Below are positions 50,812 to 63,895 of a stretch of 64,000 nucleotides of DNA, in pieces. The number at the start of each line of letters is the position of its first letter. Positions within the stretch are counted from its first letter, which is position 1. The stretch lies in assembly GCF_006345805.1 (NCBI RefSeq), contig NC_043000.1, positions 37,386,001 to 37,450,000 of the forward strand, written 5' to 3'. The translations under genes and the position numbers were made by a program. Below the pieces are notes generated by a model. That model worked only from the letters and a program-made list of their open reading frames with translations. It was not told the DNA's origin and did no database searches. The DNA comes from Octopus sinensis (Eukaryota).

Positions 50812-52633
50812 CCCTTTAATCTGTCAAATGTGATGCTTATTCACATTATTTTGAATTATTCAGGTTCAAGAGAGGTGTCCACAATATTTGCTTGTAACTT
50901 TGTTAATTTTTTACATACAGATTTGGAATTTTGTCAGTGGGTGCTTATATACCAGTGGGTTATAGTTATGTAATTTTAGCTGATTTTGCTGATTAAATTT
51001 GACTTTTACAGGCAGGTAAATTTAATTAACAGGTGTAAAAGCAATAACATTATGGATAAACACTAAAATTGACATTCTTAATGCTTCTTACTTGTTTGAT
51101 TTGTTACTAAAATTATCCCAGATGTCAACCCTCAACAATTTTGCCAATTTTCAAGATGAGGTACATTAATTTGAATTAGTTAAAATTCAGGTATAATCAG
51201 TACAAGATTTGATTATTTCTCTATATTTCATTGAAAATAAAGTACAAAAATCTTTTACTAGACAATATACCATTGACTATGTACTCTTATACAATTTAAT
51301 GAATACATTTATATAATAGAATGCATCTAATAAAAAGAGCTCATTAGCAGGTGATGCAACTGTGAATACAGGTGTATAACATACTGAAAATTAATATGTA
51401 TTTCTCACTTTCACATATTTGTAATAAAATGAAACGAATATATGATAGTATAACTAACAAACAACAAAATATAGTTATGCCATATTTCTATCATGAAACT
51501 GTCCAAAGCACCCTTTACACAAGGGCACTTTGCAAAATGAAGACATATATGAGGTCTTGACCTGATATCCTTCTACAGTTTTTCTTTTTTGCAGCAACCA
51601 GTCTGCAAACTTTTTTCTTCCATTTATTTTTTCCACTTCATGGAAGACAATATTTTCTCTGTTGACATCCACCTCAGTTAATTTTGCTTTTCTCCTAGTT
51701 CTGTGCTTTCTGGAAGAAAAGCCCTATGTAACTGAGATGCAATGTCAGCCCAAAATTTCAAATGGTCATGGTTCTTTGGTGGCTGAGGTACTGTGTGGCT
51801 TTTTACATAAACAATATATGAATTAACTATACTTAGACATAATTCAGGAGATATATAGATCACCATACCTTATATCAGGATTCCAACAACTCCACAGTTG
51901 AGGAAGCTGCTTGAGGTCAAACATAATGTTTAGAGTAAAAAGAAGTTTGCATTTACGCAGTATCAGTTGGCTGCCATAGTGGATCAGGTCTCCCACAGAT
52001 AGAAATTATGTGTTGAGCATATTTGTCTCCTCCATGACAGTTTCAAAAAACTTTTCGGTAAGAATAAAAATAAATAGTCCAATGGTTGAACATCAGGAGG
52101 TAGATCATATTGTGGACCAGTCTTTTCTGTGAAATCGGGAATTCCAGTTGATGTAGTAAACTTCAACCATGTTGCCGTAATGTTTTCAATATCATTTTCA
52201 TCACTTTCATTTCTATTACTTTCATTATCAAAATATTCCTTGTCCAGCAAAGATTCATAAATGTCAATATGATTTGTCTGAAGACAAAATCACTGTTGCT
52301 TGTGTTTGTATTTTGTACATCATCAAAAGTAAAACCATTGAAGTCAGAATTGCAACTTGCTGATGGCATATTGTTAAAAACTAAAATATATACTTCTCTT
52401 CAAACATTGAAAAAAAAACCAAGAAGTCTCAAAACTTTCACCATATTTTTACTTGAATAATGGTGGGAAAGGCTTTATCTTATATTATCTCAAAGCTACA
52501 AGAATTCAGTAATGTGATTTGTTTATTTTTTAGCGATTTTGTAGGGGAATCAGATATGGCTGGATTTGGCCAGTTCAAACAAATACAGGAGAATAATTTT
52601 TGGCCAGTTTTGGCTGGTCTAAACACTAAAGAG
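50812..52633 (-). mobile_element. Internally deleted piggyBac element with N- and C-terminal transposase remnants
   Basis: TTAA|CCCTTTA...TAAAGAG|TTAA ends. Minus ORFs: PDFTEKTGP...PLDYLFLF (N-terminus), IVNSYIVY (DDE C-terminus), KTSYMSSFCKVPLCKGCFGQFH (cysteine-rich domain). Confidence 0.8.
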
Positions 52634-53011
52634 TTAAATGATTTGAGAAATCACACAACGAAAGCACAAAACTAAAAAAAATAACATCTTTTCATGCTCA
52701 GAAATCATGGAAAAAACAACCCAGTTGTTAGCTGTTAGAACTTTGCATCATTCAAAATTCTATGCTTCCCAAAATTTGCCAACACTACTTCTGATGTGTC
52801 TAAGTGCCATTTCCTCTTTATAACTCTTTGATTGTTCACTTTTCTGCCGTTTTGCATTTTATTTTGAGTACACAGCTTGTATTTTTGGTTATCATTGCTG
52901 TCTTGCTGTACTTGAGTTATTGCTGCCTGTGCCCACTTTTACCCTTTTTCCAACAAGTAATGGCACCTGAACAATGTAAACAATAAGCACATTATCATTA
53001 TTATTATAACA

Positions 53012-53230
53012 TGGTGAGCTGGCAGAATCATTAGCACACTTGGCAAAATGCTGCTAAGCATTTTATTCATCCTAATGTTCTGAGTTCAAATTCCACCACC
53101 GATGTCAACTTTGCCTTTCGTGCTTTCAGAGTTGATGAAATAAGTTCCTGTTATGTACTGGGATTGATATAATCTATTAGCCCCCTTCCACAAAATTTCA
53201 GGCTTTGTGCCTATAGTAGAAAGGATTATT
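53012..53230 (+). mobile_element. Full-length family B tRNA-SINE, 360 nt upstream of the Shal exon
   Basis: gagctggcagaatcattagc, ctgagttcaaattcc, actttgcctttc, and tail gctttgtgcctatagtagaaaggattatt. Confidence 0.85.
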
Positions 53231-53590
53231 TTTATCTTACCTTTTTTAATGAATTCTAATGCACCTGAGCACTGTTTACAATAAGCTTATTATATTCTAT
53301 GTTACTAACACTTCATTAGGTCTCAAGACAGGAAAATTCCATATGTTTCAGTTCAACTAATTTTGAGACATAGACTAAAGATTCTCTGGGAATGATATAT
53401 GTACAAGAGATAACTGTTCTTTACAAAAAGATTGCCTTTTCATAAAATACTGCTACATCCAGAGTTAAGCACAAACTATATTTCCTTATATTTCAGAAAT
53501 AATTAAATAATTTCGTTGACTTTGTCATAGTTACATTTTGTAACTTTAGTTTCACTTGATTTACTCTATCATTATATACTTATTTTGTAG

Positions 53591-53753
53591 ATATGGTGAT
53601 ATGGTACCAAACACAATAACTGGTAAAATAGTTGGTGGTGTGTGTTCCCTGAGTGGTGTATTGGTTATTGCATTACCAGTGCCTGTAATTGTTTCAAACT
53701 TTAGTCGTATTTATCATCAGAACCAAAGAGCAGACAAACGCAAGGCACAAAAG
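53591..53753 (+). CDS. Shal: Internal coding exon of a Shal/Kv4 (KCND-family) voltage-gated K+ channel alpha subunit: pore loop, S6 and proximal C-terminus
   Basis: Translates as (G)[54 protein letters not shown], a diagnostic Kv4 sequence. Acceptor ...tatacttattttgtAG at 53589-53590; donor AAG|GTAAAT at 53754. Length 163 nt, starts in phase 2 inside the first Gly of GYG, ends in phase 0. Confidence 0.97.
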
Positions 53754-54261
53754 GTAAATTCATACTTAGCCATTTTTTTTTTTTCTTCTTTTTTCAGATA
53801 TCATTTCTTATTATTGATACTGTTTCTGAAAGCAAAGTTATTTGATGCTAAATCTAACCAATTATTGAAAGATAATTGTTAGATAAGGCCAACAGATATT
53901 TTCTTTATAAGGTTTTCTTTTTGTAGTTGATTTGTAACTGATTGACACTTATGGCTACTGAAATTATAAAAATTACTGCAAGAACTCAGCTTCTGACAAT
54001 AAAGCTAACCTTTCTATTTACTGAATGCCAGAACAAATGAGTTAGGATTGCTATTAAAAGCATAGCTCCTAAATCACGCTATGATGTAATCATGCAAATA
54101 ACAGTTCAACAGACATCAAACACAGTACAATTTACAGACGTGTCGATCAAGGATGGATATATCTGTTTGTATAATTCATTCATTCATCCACACACAAACA
54201 CTCAATGTGTGCGTGTTTGTGCACGTGTGTATTACGTATGAGTGCACATACACACACACAC

Positions 54262-54480
54262 AGATCATCATCATCATCATCAATGACATTATTTTAGGCC
54301 CACTCTCAAAGTTAGTTGGATGGTTTGACAAGATCTAATGTGTCAGATGACCACACCACGTTCCAATGTCTCAATTTCAGCAGGTTTTCTATGGCTGTAT
54401 ACCCTCCCTAATGCCAACCACTTTACAGAGTGTATTGGGTGCATTTTTGTGGCATCAGTAGTGATACCTTGCAACAAGTA
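54262..54480 (-). mobile_element. Degenerate RTE 3'-tail repeat copy
   Basis: (CAT)n...ggttttctatggctgtataccctccctaatgccaaccactttacagagtg. Confidence 0.65.
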
Positions 54481-55267
54481 AGACTAAAGAACCATGACAT
54501 TGACAGAAAAAATGATAGAGAGCCTGATGTTTTAAGTGAATTGATGAAAGGTACAGATTTATATATTGAGTCTTCCCATAAATAATGCGTTTCTTTTATG
54601 CTTTGTTTATTTTTTAAAATCAAAATAAACAACGATATTATAAAGGGTTCCCCTTTTGATTGATCTATTAATGTTAAATAACTTCAAATTTCTGTCAGAA
54701 ATATTTGGAAGGTTCTCTCTATCAATCTATTTATATTATTAGCAGGGATAACAAATAATTTTAAATTACTATCAGAGATATCATGAAAGAGGTGCACAAT
54801 GCACACATGCAATCTCAGTTCAATGAAACTTCCTATATGCTCAATCATTCCCATAGTTTTATAATTGCACATCCAAAGGACTACACTAAACTTCAACTTC
54901 AAATGTTGCTAATACTCAACATTCAATGCCTAAACATCATTGTAAATGCTAAATCAATTTCTAGCATTATCATCATTTACAAAATGTACCTATAACTTCC
55001 AAAAGCATCAAAGTAGTCCAGAGTCTTGAATTCATATTGTTAGCTTCCCAACTATTATACTAAAATTCAAGTCTAATCTAGATATTCTACTTAAGTCATT
55101 CTTCCACACTTAGCCTTCTCATTATCCACCGAAAGACAAAATGTGTGGACCTCTGGAAGTTATATTTTAGGTTAATAAATGGAAAACAAATATTTTTTTC
55201 TTAGACAAATCTTTTTCAAGTAGTATTTCCATTTTTGTTCTATGTTCATTTTTTTTTTCTTGTGGAA

Positions 55268-55690
55268 TCATCATCATCATCGTTTAACATCCGCTTTCCA
55301 TGGGTTGGACGATTTGACTGAGGTCTGGCGAACCAGATGGCTGCACCAGACTCCAATCTGATCTGGCAGAGTTTCTACAGCTGGATGCCCTTCCTAATGC
55401 TAACCACTCCAAGAGTGTAGTGGGTGCTTTTACGTGCCACTGGTACGAGGGCCAGTCAGGTGGTACTGGCAACGGTCACACTCAAATGGTGCTTTTTATG
55501 TGCCACCTGCACAGGAGCTAGTCCAGCAGCACTGGCAGCAACCTTGTTCGAATGTTTTTTTTTTCATGTGCCACCAGCACAAGTGCTAGTAGGACAATGC
55601 ATGTAATGATCACACTCGAATGGTGTTTTTAACGTGCCATTGGCATGGAGGCCAGCTTGTTGCTCTGGCAACGATCTCACTCGTATGGTA
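55268..55690 (-). mobile_element. RTE 3'-tail/UTR repeat copy
   Basis: catcatcatcgtttaacatccgctttcc...gctggatgcccttcctaatgctaaccac plus four gtgccacc modules. Confidence 0.9.
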
Positions 55691-57798
55691 TGGTTAATCT
55701 TATAGCTGAATGCCTTGAAGTAGGGCTTGTTTTTAATACTGAGTCAAGCAAACAGAAATAAACAGTGTCAGGTACTTTGTACAGAGGTACAACACAATGA
55801 GAGAACTAGAATCTGAACTTATGACAGGGTAGTGTCTCTATAAACCCCAAACTGTATTGTACCAAAGCTCAGTTGAAACTGGCCTTGTTTCTCTAAGAGA
55901 ATGTTTGTTTTCTAACATTTATAAGCATCTTCAAACGTATTTTCATATGTGAGAACATTTATCGATACATAAGTATGAGTAAATGTATATTGTGTATGTG
56001 TGACTTTTCCTTTTTTTATTCTATTTCATTGGGTTTTTTTTCTTCTTTTTTTTATCTTTACTGATTGAAACATTTCTTCCATCTCTGACATTATGCCATA
56101 TCTTCTGCAAAATATTCAAATATCAAAACTATTATTTCACAGGAAAAAAAAAATGAAAAACTTCAATTGTAGACTAATCTTTATGATATATTGAAAACAA
56201 GAGAGAGAGAGAGAAGAAAGAGGGGAAAGAATAAATGATGTGAGAGAAAATATACCGTTTGGACTTCATTACTGGAAAAGTAGTATAGATTGGAATAAAG
56301 AAATTGTCTACTTACTTACCGGAAACCAGTTGGGAGATTAAGGGCAATAAATACTTTATTATACTGACATTAGAAACTGAATGCTTCCAGATAATATATA
56401 CATATATATATATATATACATATATAATAGTCTCCAAAACATTATATATGACAAAACACCACTACATAGACCTAGTTGCAATAGATCTTAACTAGATGTA
56501 AAAGATATAAGTATTGATCTTCAGTTTCAGATGAAACTGTTTCAATCCTTTGTGAGAACTAGAAAAATTGTATATACAGATATTATTTTCCCCGTGCATG
56601 TAGTACAGCTACTTTAGTTGTTTGTTATTCTCTTCATTGTAATCAATACAGAGTATTTACAACAAAATTACAAGAAAATACCTTCAGCCTAAACCTTTTT
56701 GTTTTAAATATTTTATGCCCCGATTTCTTTTAAATACTACCAGAATATTTAATAACCATGACCCAAACAATAACAGCTTTTAAAGATAAGCTTTTGCACT
56801 ACAAAAATATGCAACAGATTATGAAAGGATGTCAAGATTTGAAAAGATATGCGTTCTACAAGGCAAAGCAATATGTCATCAGAAACAACAGTATCTTCTT
56901 AACATCCATTCTTCCATGCTTACATGGGTCTGTTCATGTAGATTTTCTGTGGGGAGATGCTCTTCCTGTTACCAACCCTCACTGTTTCCAAGTAATGTAG
57001 TATTTTCTCTAATCCTTCAAACAGTAAACAGCCTGGTAGCTGGACATGTTTTTATGTAGGATTGCAAACAAATAACATCATTTGTGAATGGTGGCTTAGT
57101 CACCAATTAGCATGCATACGTCAAAACAGGGGAAAGAAACAAATAAATATACATGTATGCATACACACACACACACACACACATTTTAATGTACACTTTC
57201 CATGGAGTGAAACAAGGCAGATTTTCTAATGCTAGATGCCCTTTCACACATTGTTGTCAATTCACACATTTCCAAGCAAAGAAATATTTCCAAATGGTCA
57301 AACATGTTTATGCAAAATATTGAAAGTGAATAACACTGCTTCTATGACAGTGACACTCACAGCTATTGCATGTTGCCAACACACACACACACACACACAC
57401 ACAATGGGCTTCTTATAGTTTTCGTTTACCATATCCATTAACAAGGCTTTAATCAGCCTAGGGCTCTAGTAGAAGAAACTCACTGAAAGTGTTAAACAGT
57501 GAGACTCAACCTGAAACAATATACTTGAGAATCAAACTTCTCAACCATATATGTGCATACATGTGTGTGTGTGTGCATGTGTGTACACGTATATACACAC
57601 ACACAGAGACAAACAATGAGTTTGTTACAGTTTCTGTCAACTAATTTCATTCACAAGGCACTGATCAACACTTTGCAGCCATAGCAAACTGAGCAGAAAG
57701 ATCAAGTATCACAAGGTACTTTTGTCTGAAAGCACCTGTTTACCAATTACCTTGCTGATATATAAATTTTTTACTGACATACATTGATGAAGGATATA

Positions 57799-58255
57799 CA
57801 GGTTGTCGTGGACTTACGACCACAATTGGTTCTGACTGACTGGTCGCAAGTCAGCCTATAGGCATACATAGCTTTGTTTTATATTTTGATTTTTTACATT
57901 CTTAAGGAACATTCTCAGGTAAAAGTCACACAAAACATTCTGTATTATACTATTATACTGGTGTTAGTCAAAAATTTTGGAGTCTCAAACAGTTGTCTTG
58001 TAAACAAATATGAGGTCACCTCGAAGTCTCCATGACAAGATACTCATTCAACACTCCGGAATCACAGTGGTGATTGATAACCAAACCTAGGGGAAGTGTT
58101 TGTTAGCTGACATCATCTGTAGATGGGTTAATTTCTAAGAAATTAAACCCATTAGATTTCAACTGGACTATTTATTACTGCTGCCAGGAGCTGGTGAGTC
58201 AATCATCATAAAGTCAATCAGTTGTAAGTCAGATAGGTCATAAGTCGATGACTTG
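57799..58255. mobile_element. Tigger/pogo-like MITE
   Basis: TA|CAGGTTGTCGTGGACTTACGACC ... GGTCATAAGTCGATGACTTG|TA, with internal gtc(g/a)(c/t)aagtc repeats. Confidence 0.7.
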
Positions 58256-58257
58256 TA

Positions 58258-58745
58258 CATGGTGTTCAGACTAAATTTGATAGTTGGCACAAAAAGAAAA
58301 GAAAACACAATATCCCATCCAAAAATAAATATATTCTAAAGAAACCAATAAATATCAACTAGCTCATGGCTAGGAGATAATAGTTAACTCAATGTAGCCT
58401 CCCTCAGTTACCACCGCAGCCACAAGATGGCTCCAGAACCTGATGCATGCATTCCTCACTGTGTCTCTCGGAAGATCTTTGAATACTTCCTTGATCTCAG
58501 CCACCAGCTTGGACTTGGTGTTGCAGGCAGAGCACTTGATGCCTTTCTCAACTTCACTCCTCACATAGTAATCCATGCCATTACAATTGAGAGAATTAGC
58601 AGGTAAGCAACTGAGGCCGAAGAAGCTGTAGAAATTCTCCAGCAACCACTTCTGACTCTTTCTGGAGGTATGGCAAAGAGCTGAATCCTGCTATCACACA
58701 TATGGCCTTCCAAAAGCAACTCTCTGAAAACAAGAATTGACTACA
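58258..58745 (-). mobile_element. maT (DD37D) Tc1/mariner transposase pseudogene, 3' part with one TIR
   Basis: Minus strand GRPYV**QD-(37 aa)-DYYV...ACIRF..HL.AVV..GGYIE. TIR-like catggtgttcag starts at 58258 and shares the TA at 58256-58257 with the Tigger-like MITE. Confidence 0.8.
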
Positions 58746-60917
58746 ATCTCCAGCAGCTTTATAGAGCCATCTAAACTGAACTTAATACCCTGTTCAAAGA
58801 TGTGGAGATCAATCAATGCATGCAGACATGGTCTGAATGCCTGATGTGTCACTACCCGTTGGTCATGGCTTTGTAGACTCTGTTGCTGATGTCCATGTCA
58901 TGTCTTACAGCATTTATAGTGTTCAGTGAATTGCAATCATGATGTCAACATTTTCATAACTGCTTTGAATCATCATGATACAGGTAACTCTTTTCCAGTA
59001 TTCCAGTCCCCCATGTCAGCTAACATTTCTCAACAACATTTTATCTTTATGCTCTCCAACACTGTTGACTATTCAGCAATACCTCAAGCTGTTACTGTAA
59101 AAAGGGAGACATAAGAATCATCAACATCAGCCCAAACACCCTCTACAGCTACATATAATTATGTATGACAAGCTTCCAAACAGTTTATGTTACCATAAGG
59201 CATTGGTCAACCTGGGGCAATGGTAGCAGATACTTGAGGTGACACACAATTTGATTAAACTTTTAAATACACAGCCATACCTGTGTCCATATCATCACAT
59301 TTTTACTCATTTCCAAACTCCTTCCACATACCCACATTGGTTGCATGGGTTTCACAGCATCTTTTTATCAGTCATGCTTCTTTTTTTCACATTGTTTTTA
59401 TCACTTTCCAAAAACCAACCACTCTGCAACATGGATTGTGTGAATTTTGTCATGCCACTGGCACTGGAGAGGTTTTCTGCAACATAACTATAAAAAATTT
59501 CCTCTACTTTGTGGGTGTGGGTGTGGGTGCACGTGCATGTGCACTTGATGAAATGTAGTTTTTTGGCATGATAAAGAGAATCTATCTTATATCTGGAGGA
59601 ATTGATTGAAATTAGTGCCTTTTAAATTCATTGCCAATGTACAGATGAGTAGGCTAAGCACTACAATTGATTTTTGATAATTCTGAGTTCAAATTCTGCT
59701 AAATTTAATTTATCTATCAATTCCTATGAATGTCAATAAAATGACTAACATGCTTTAATAAAAGATAAAATGAGAACAAACAAGGCCATATGGCAAGTGG
59801 CAGGTGTAGATTAGTTCACATCTTTAATTAAAAACTACTTTTCTATTTTTAATTAGACATAACCGACTCACATACATTTTCCTTATTTAAATAAAAAAAT
59901 AAGATCAGGCGTTAATAGTGTTGCAAGCACAAAAACATTATAGAAGTGTAAATGCTGCTAATGATTGGGAAAATGGCAACTACACTCAATAACAATGAAT
60001 TCATTCATTTCAGCAATGTAGAACAAAACATATCTACACACACACACATACACACAATGTAAAACATACCTATACTCACACACGCACGTACATGCATACA
60101 CACATGGATGACTCTGTCATTTGACAATGAAGATTCAGGTGTTTGATCAAATGAATTACTTGGTCTTTGAAATAACATAAGTAGCTGAGTATTCTAGTGA
60201 CAGGTATCATTAATGTAATTCTCAGGTGAAAGCAATGTAACAGGGAGTAACAAAATCGTACCATTTGAATTACAAGTACAATCTATTCAACAGTCTTCAA
60301 TATAATTTCTGTCAACCCACTTTCATTGAGAAAGTATAGATTGACCCAAGGCTATAAAAATGACACTTGTCTAAGATATCACACTGTGGGATTGAGCCTA
60401 GGACTGCATGGTTGTGAAGCAAATTTCTTTATCATTTGGTCATAAAGTACACACACACACATGCACATGCACAGTGTTTCTTGAAGCTAAAGATCTTCAG
60501 GATCTGTTATTCAGACAGTAGGGAACTTTTGGAACAATACAATTCCTCATAAATGATTACAAACCATTGTAATGGTACACTGAGCAACAGTGGATTTGAT
60601 AGTTTGAAAAAAAAAGACATTATCTATGTGTGTGTATGTACCTCCTGCTCTTCACAGAATGTGAAAGCTGTAAATGAGCATCACCGTCATACAAGGGAAG
60701 TCAAACACTTCCAATCTTCCATGCAAATATGTTCAGCTTTGGAAAAAATATCACCTTGCTTGGAGACAGGTGAAGGTTAGCAAATATAGGGCTTCTGGCT
60801 TTAGAATATTGACCTCAACAAGTACTACCTGACCCATACAAATACAGAAAAGTAGGGTCTAAGACGAAGATGATGATGATGGTAATGATTATTATTGTCA
60901 TCATTATTATTATTATT

Positions 60918-61454
60918 GAGTGAGGTAGCAGCACTTGCCATCAAAGTGACACTGGAGTAAAATATATGAAGCCCAATATACCCATCATGACTGTTAAGGA
61001 TATACCAGGCACATGCATCACAACCATATGTACATGATATGGTGATCTCCGATCACGATAAAAGGTACATGACCTTGCAGGTGGGACCCAGCTAGAATTT
61101 TCTTCAAGTCAAGTAGCCCATCTAACTCAAAAGGTACCTGAATAAGGTTTGTTTAAGGATGTTAAATGAAACACCCACGTTTCCAGAGGTGAATTATCCA
61201 AACCCCCAAAGAATTCCTCTCAACACAAGGCTATGATGCTCCCCCACTATTTCTGCTCATGGTCAGAGATGCACAAATCATCAGTCACCACAGGACTTGC
61301 TCAAGTGGTTAAGGCCAAACAACTGACAAGCAAATCTGTGGCATTGAGCAGAATATTTGCTGTAGCTCATCTTTTATACCAAGACAAAACAATGTACATA
61401 ACACTTCCAATCAGTTAAGATCAAAACCCATAAGAGCTGATGCTTGGTACTGCA
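60918..61454. mobile_element. ~540-bp non-coding element flanked by (ATT)n, copy 2
   Basis: Collinear with 29338-29920, in the same orientation. Confidence 0.85.
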
Positions 61455-61509
61455 TTATTATTACTATTATTATTATTATTATTATTATTATTATCATCAT
61501 CATTATTAT

Positions 61510-62360
61510 TCAGTAGTCTTATTTTTATCTCATTCTTTCACTGCACTACCAGGTACAGCTCTGTGTGCTGTGGTTTGATCTGATGCTATTATTTTTACTG
61601 TATTGAAAGTGTTTTACACAGGATGTGTGCGGTGCCTAGTAGTGCTATTTTCTGTACCTTATATATACTTGTTAGCCCTGGTGCTTTTGTTAAGTATTCG
61701 TTTGATTTTTTTTTTATCATACCTAATGCACCTACTATAACAGCAGTTGTTTCTGTTTTTAGGCTCCTCATTTGAGTTACTCCTATTTCCAGTTCTTTCG
61801 CTTATGAAAGTTTCTCCGTTTCTTTTAGAGAAACATTGTCATCTGTTGGTATTGATACATCAATTAGAAAGCATTTTTTTCTCTTAGTGGTATCTGACAA
61901 CTATATCCAGCCTATTAGCCTTGATTTCTCCATCTGTGTGTTTTGGCATATCCCAGAGTATGGTTGCTTTCTCATTTTCTGTGACCTTTTCTGGTGAGTG
62001 CCTATACCATCTTTTGCTGTTGTTATTCCATAGTGCTGACATATCTTCCAGTGTATATAAGTCCCAACTCTGTCATGTCTGTGAACATATTCTTTCTTAG
62101 CCAGGAATGGGTAGCCAGAGACAATATAATTTATTGTTTCTTCTCCATCACCACATATTCTACATATTTCTTTTCATTATGTGTTTTTGGTGATTTTTAG
62201 TGGGAAGGTTTTCATCTTGTGCTGCAATTAAAAATCCTTCAGTTTCTGCTTTGAGTCCTGAGTTTCTCAGCCACTGTTGAGATTTTGCTTTGTCTATTTC
62301 TTTTCTGTTTAGTTTAACCCAGTATTTGCCATGTAGGGGCTTTTCTTGCCAAAATTAGTA
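61510..62360 (-). mobile_element. 5'-truncated R4/Dong-type LINE
   Basis: EKPLHGKYW...KSQQWLRNSGLKAETEGFLIAAQD through to a C-terminal VQKIALLGTAHILCKTLSIQ-type end; the 3' end abuts (AAT)n. Confidence 0.85.
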
Positions 62361-62384
62361 TTATTTTATGTTTGACTTTTACTT

Positions 62385-63300
62385 TGCATTTGTACAAGCT
62401 GGCTCCAAGTCTCACCCAGAGACCTCAACAGACAACAAGTTAGAAGTGCATGTTGGTGTTATACCTAGGGAGCCATATATTTGGTTTTGTACATAGTGCT
62501 GTTCTAGAGAATGTTTAAGAAACCATAAGAAAATTAGTCACACAGTATCCAATATTGTGATGTTGTAAATTGAAGATATTGTGTGTATCAGGGGTTTGTA
62601 CTACCAGTCAAGTCACAAAGACCTCAGACAGATAGTAGTTTACACAGTATGCATGCAGTTCCAAGTGAAACTGATTTTTGCAATACATCAAGACTCTAAA
62701 GTATCCAAATGTTTTTTCAGGTTGGGTGGTATTGAACCCGATGTTCCAGTGACAACAGAAACAGCATTTATGTTTGACTCTCACAGCTGTCACATCTTGG
62801 CAATCTTAATTCTCAGGTTTCCATATTTGTTAACCTTTTCTTTTTTCTTTCATGATAATATGTTGATCTCCTAGCACTTCCACATTGATTATTAGGCACT
62901 ATATCCAGCCTTCGGTACTCTAACACCATGTCTGTCAGGAAGGATTTTTGCCTTCCCATTTTCATCCATTACTTTTTGTAGTGTATATTGGTACCTAGCA
63001 CCTGTTACTTCATATCCATAGTAGTGAGTGAGGGTTTGGGGATAAAATTGAAGTGGATCTAATCAAGTCTCTTGTTTCTGATAGATCTTTTGTTGGAATG
63101 TACTTCAAGATTCCATCAACCTTTTGGGTCACGCATTTCACACTGTCACAATTGAAGTATCTCAAATTACTGGCTTGGTCTCTGCTCTTGTAATAATTAT
63201 TTTCTCAAGTTTTATCAGTAGGTCTCTCAGTTCTTCAGTCATATCAGGGTCCTCCACATTATATTGATTCTTTCCCATTCCTCCCCAAAACTCTCTCTCC
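62385..63300 (-). mobile_element. Second, different R4/Dong-type LINE fragment in tandem
   Basis: DQHIIMKKKEKVNKYGNLRIKIAKM...VSVVTGTSGSIPPNLKKHLDTL...IAKISFTWNCMHTV, a separate RLE C-terminal region. Confidence 0.65.
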
Positions 63301-63895
63301 TCTACTACATCATCACCTTGCCTATTTATTCACTGATCTTCACCTATATCATCCTCCTTGAGGTTATCACCACTATGGAGGCTTTTTCTGATTTTCTGAA
63401 TTTTGGTTTCATTAAGAAAGCTTCTATTCCAAATCATTCTTATCTGATTAATATTATTATTATTATTTTAACTGTGTATAACTTGTAGTAAAAATGATAA
63501 TATTTTCACTACAAGTTATAGCTTGTAGTGAAAGCATCTATAATCGTGGGAATGAAAGAAGAGGTGTGGTGCAAAGAAAGTTCACTCCCATAACGAATAG
63601 GTTTTACATTACTGGAGCTTTACTAAATGTATAAACTCATTTGTTCATTAATTAAAACAAGTAGAAGAATAAAAGAAACTAAACATAATAAATCAATTGA
63701 TTAAGTTATGCACATTAATGAAGAGATGAATAGAATAAAAAGAATTATAAATGTAAAGAAAGAAACTAACAAATTATAAATGAATTGCTGTATGAATAAA
63801 GATATAATTAAAAAGTCAATTAATAAGTAAATAGAGCATGTATCAATGTGTGTATGGAAATATGTGACGAAAACAAGTTCAGACATATACACATG

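Noticed and set aside
52951-52986. Possible editing-complementary sequence for the S6 part of the exon (53661-53700)
   Set aside because: Only ~24 matches over ~40 columns with three gaps and mostly non-wobble mismatches, which is expected by chance in AT-rich DNA. No convincing ECS was found near the exon.
53675-53720. CTGATGA...GAAA antisense to the Shal exon
   Set aside because: No stable stem II or valid stem III/NUH geometry. The sequence is explained by coding constraint.
61225-61290. CTGATGA...GAAA on the minus strand of the ~580-bp element (also near 29690-29750), suggesting a second hammerhead
   Set aside because: Stem II does not pair, copy 1 has GAAG, and no NUH triplet is compatible with stems I and III.
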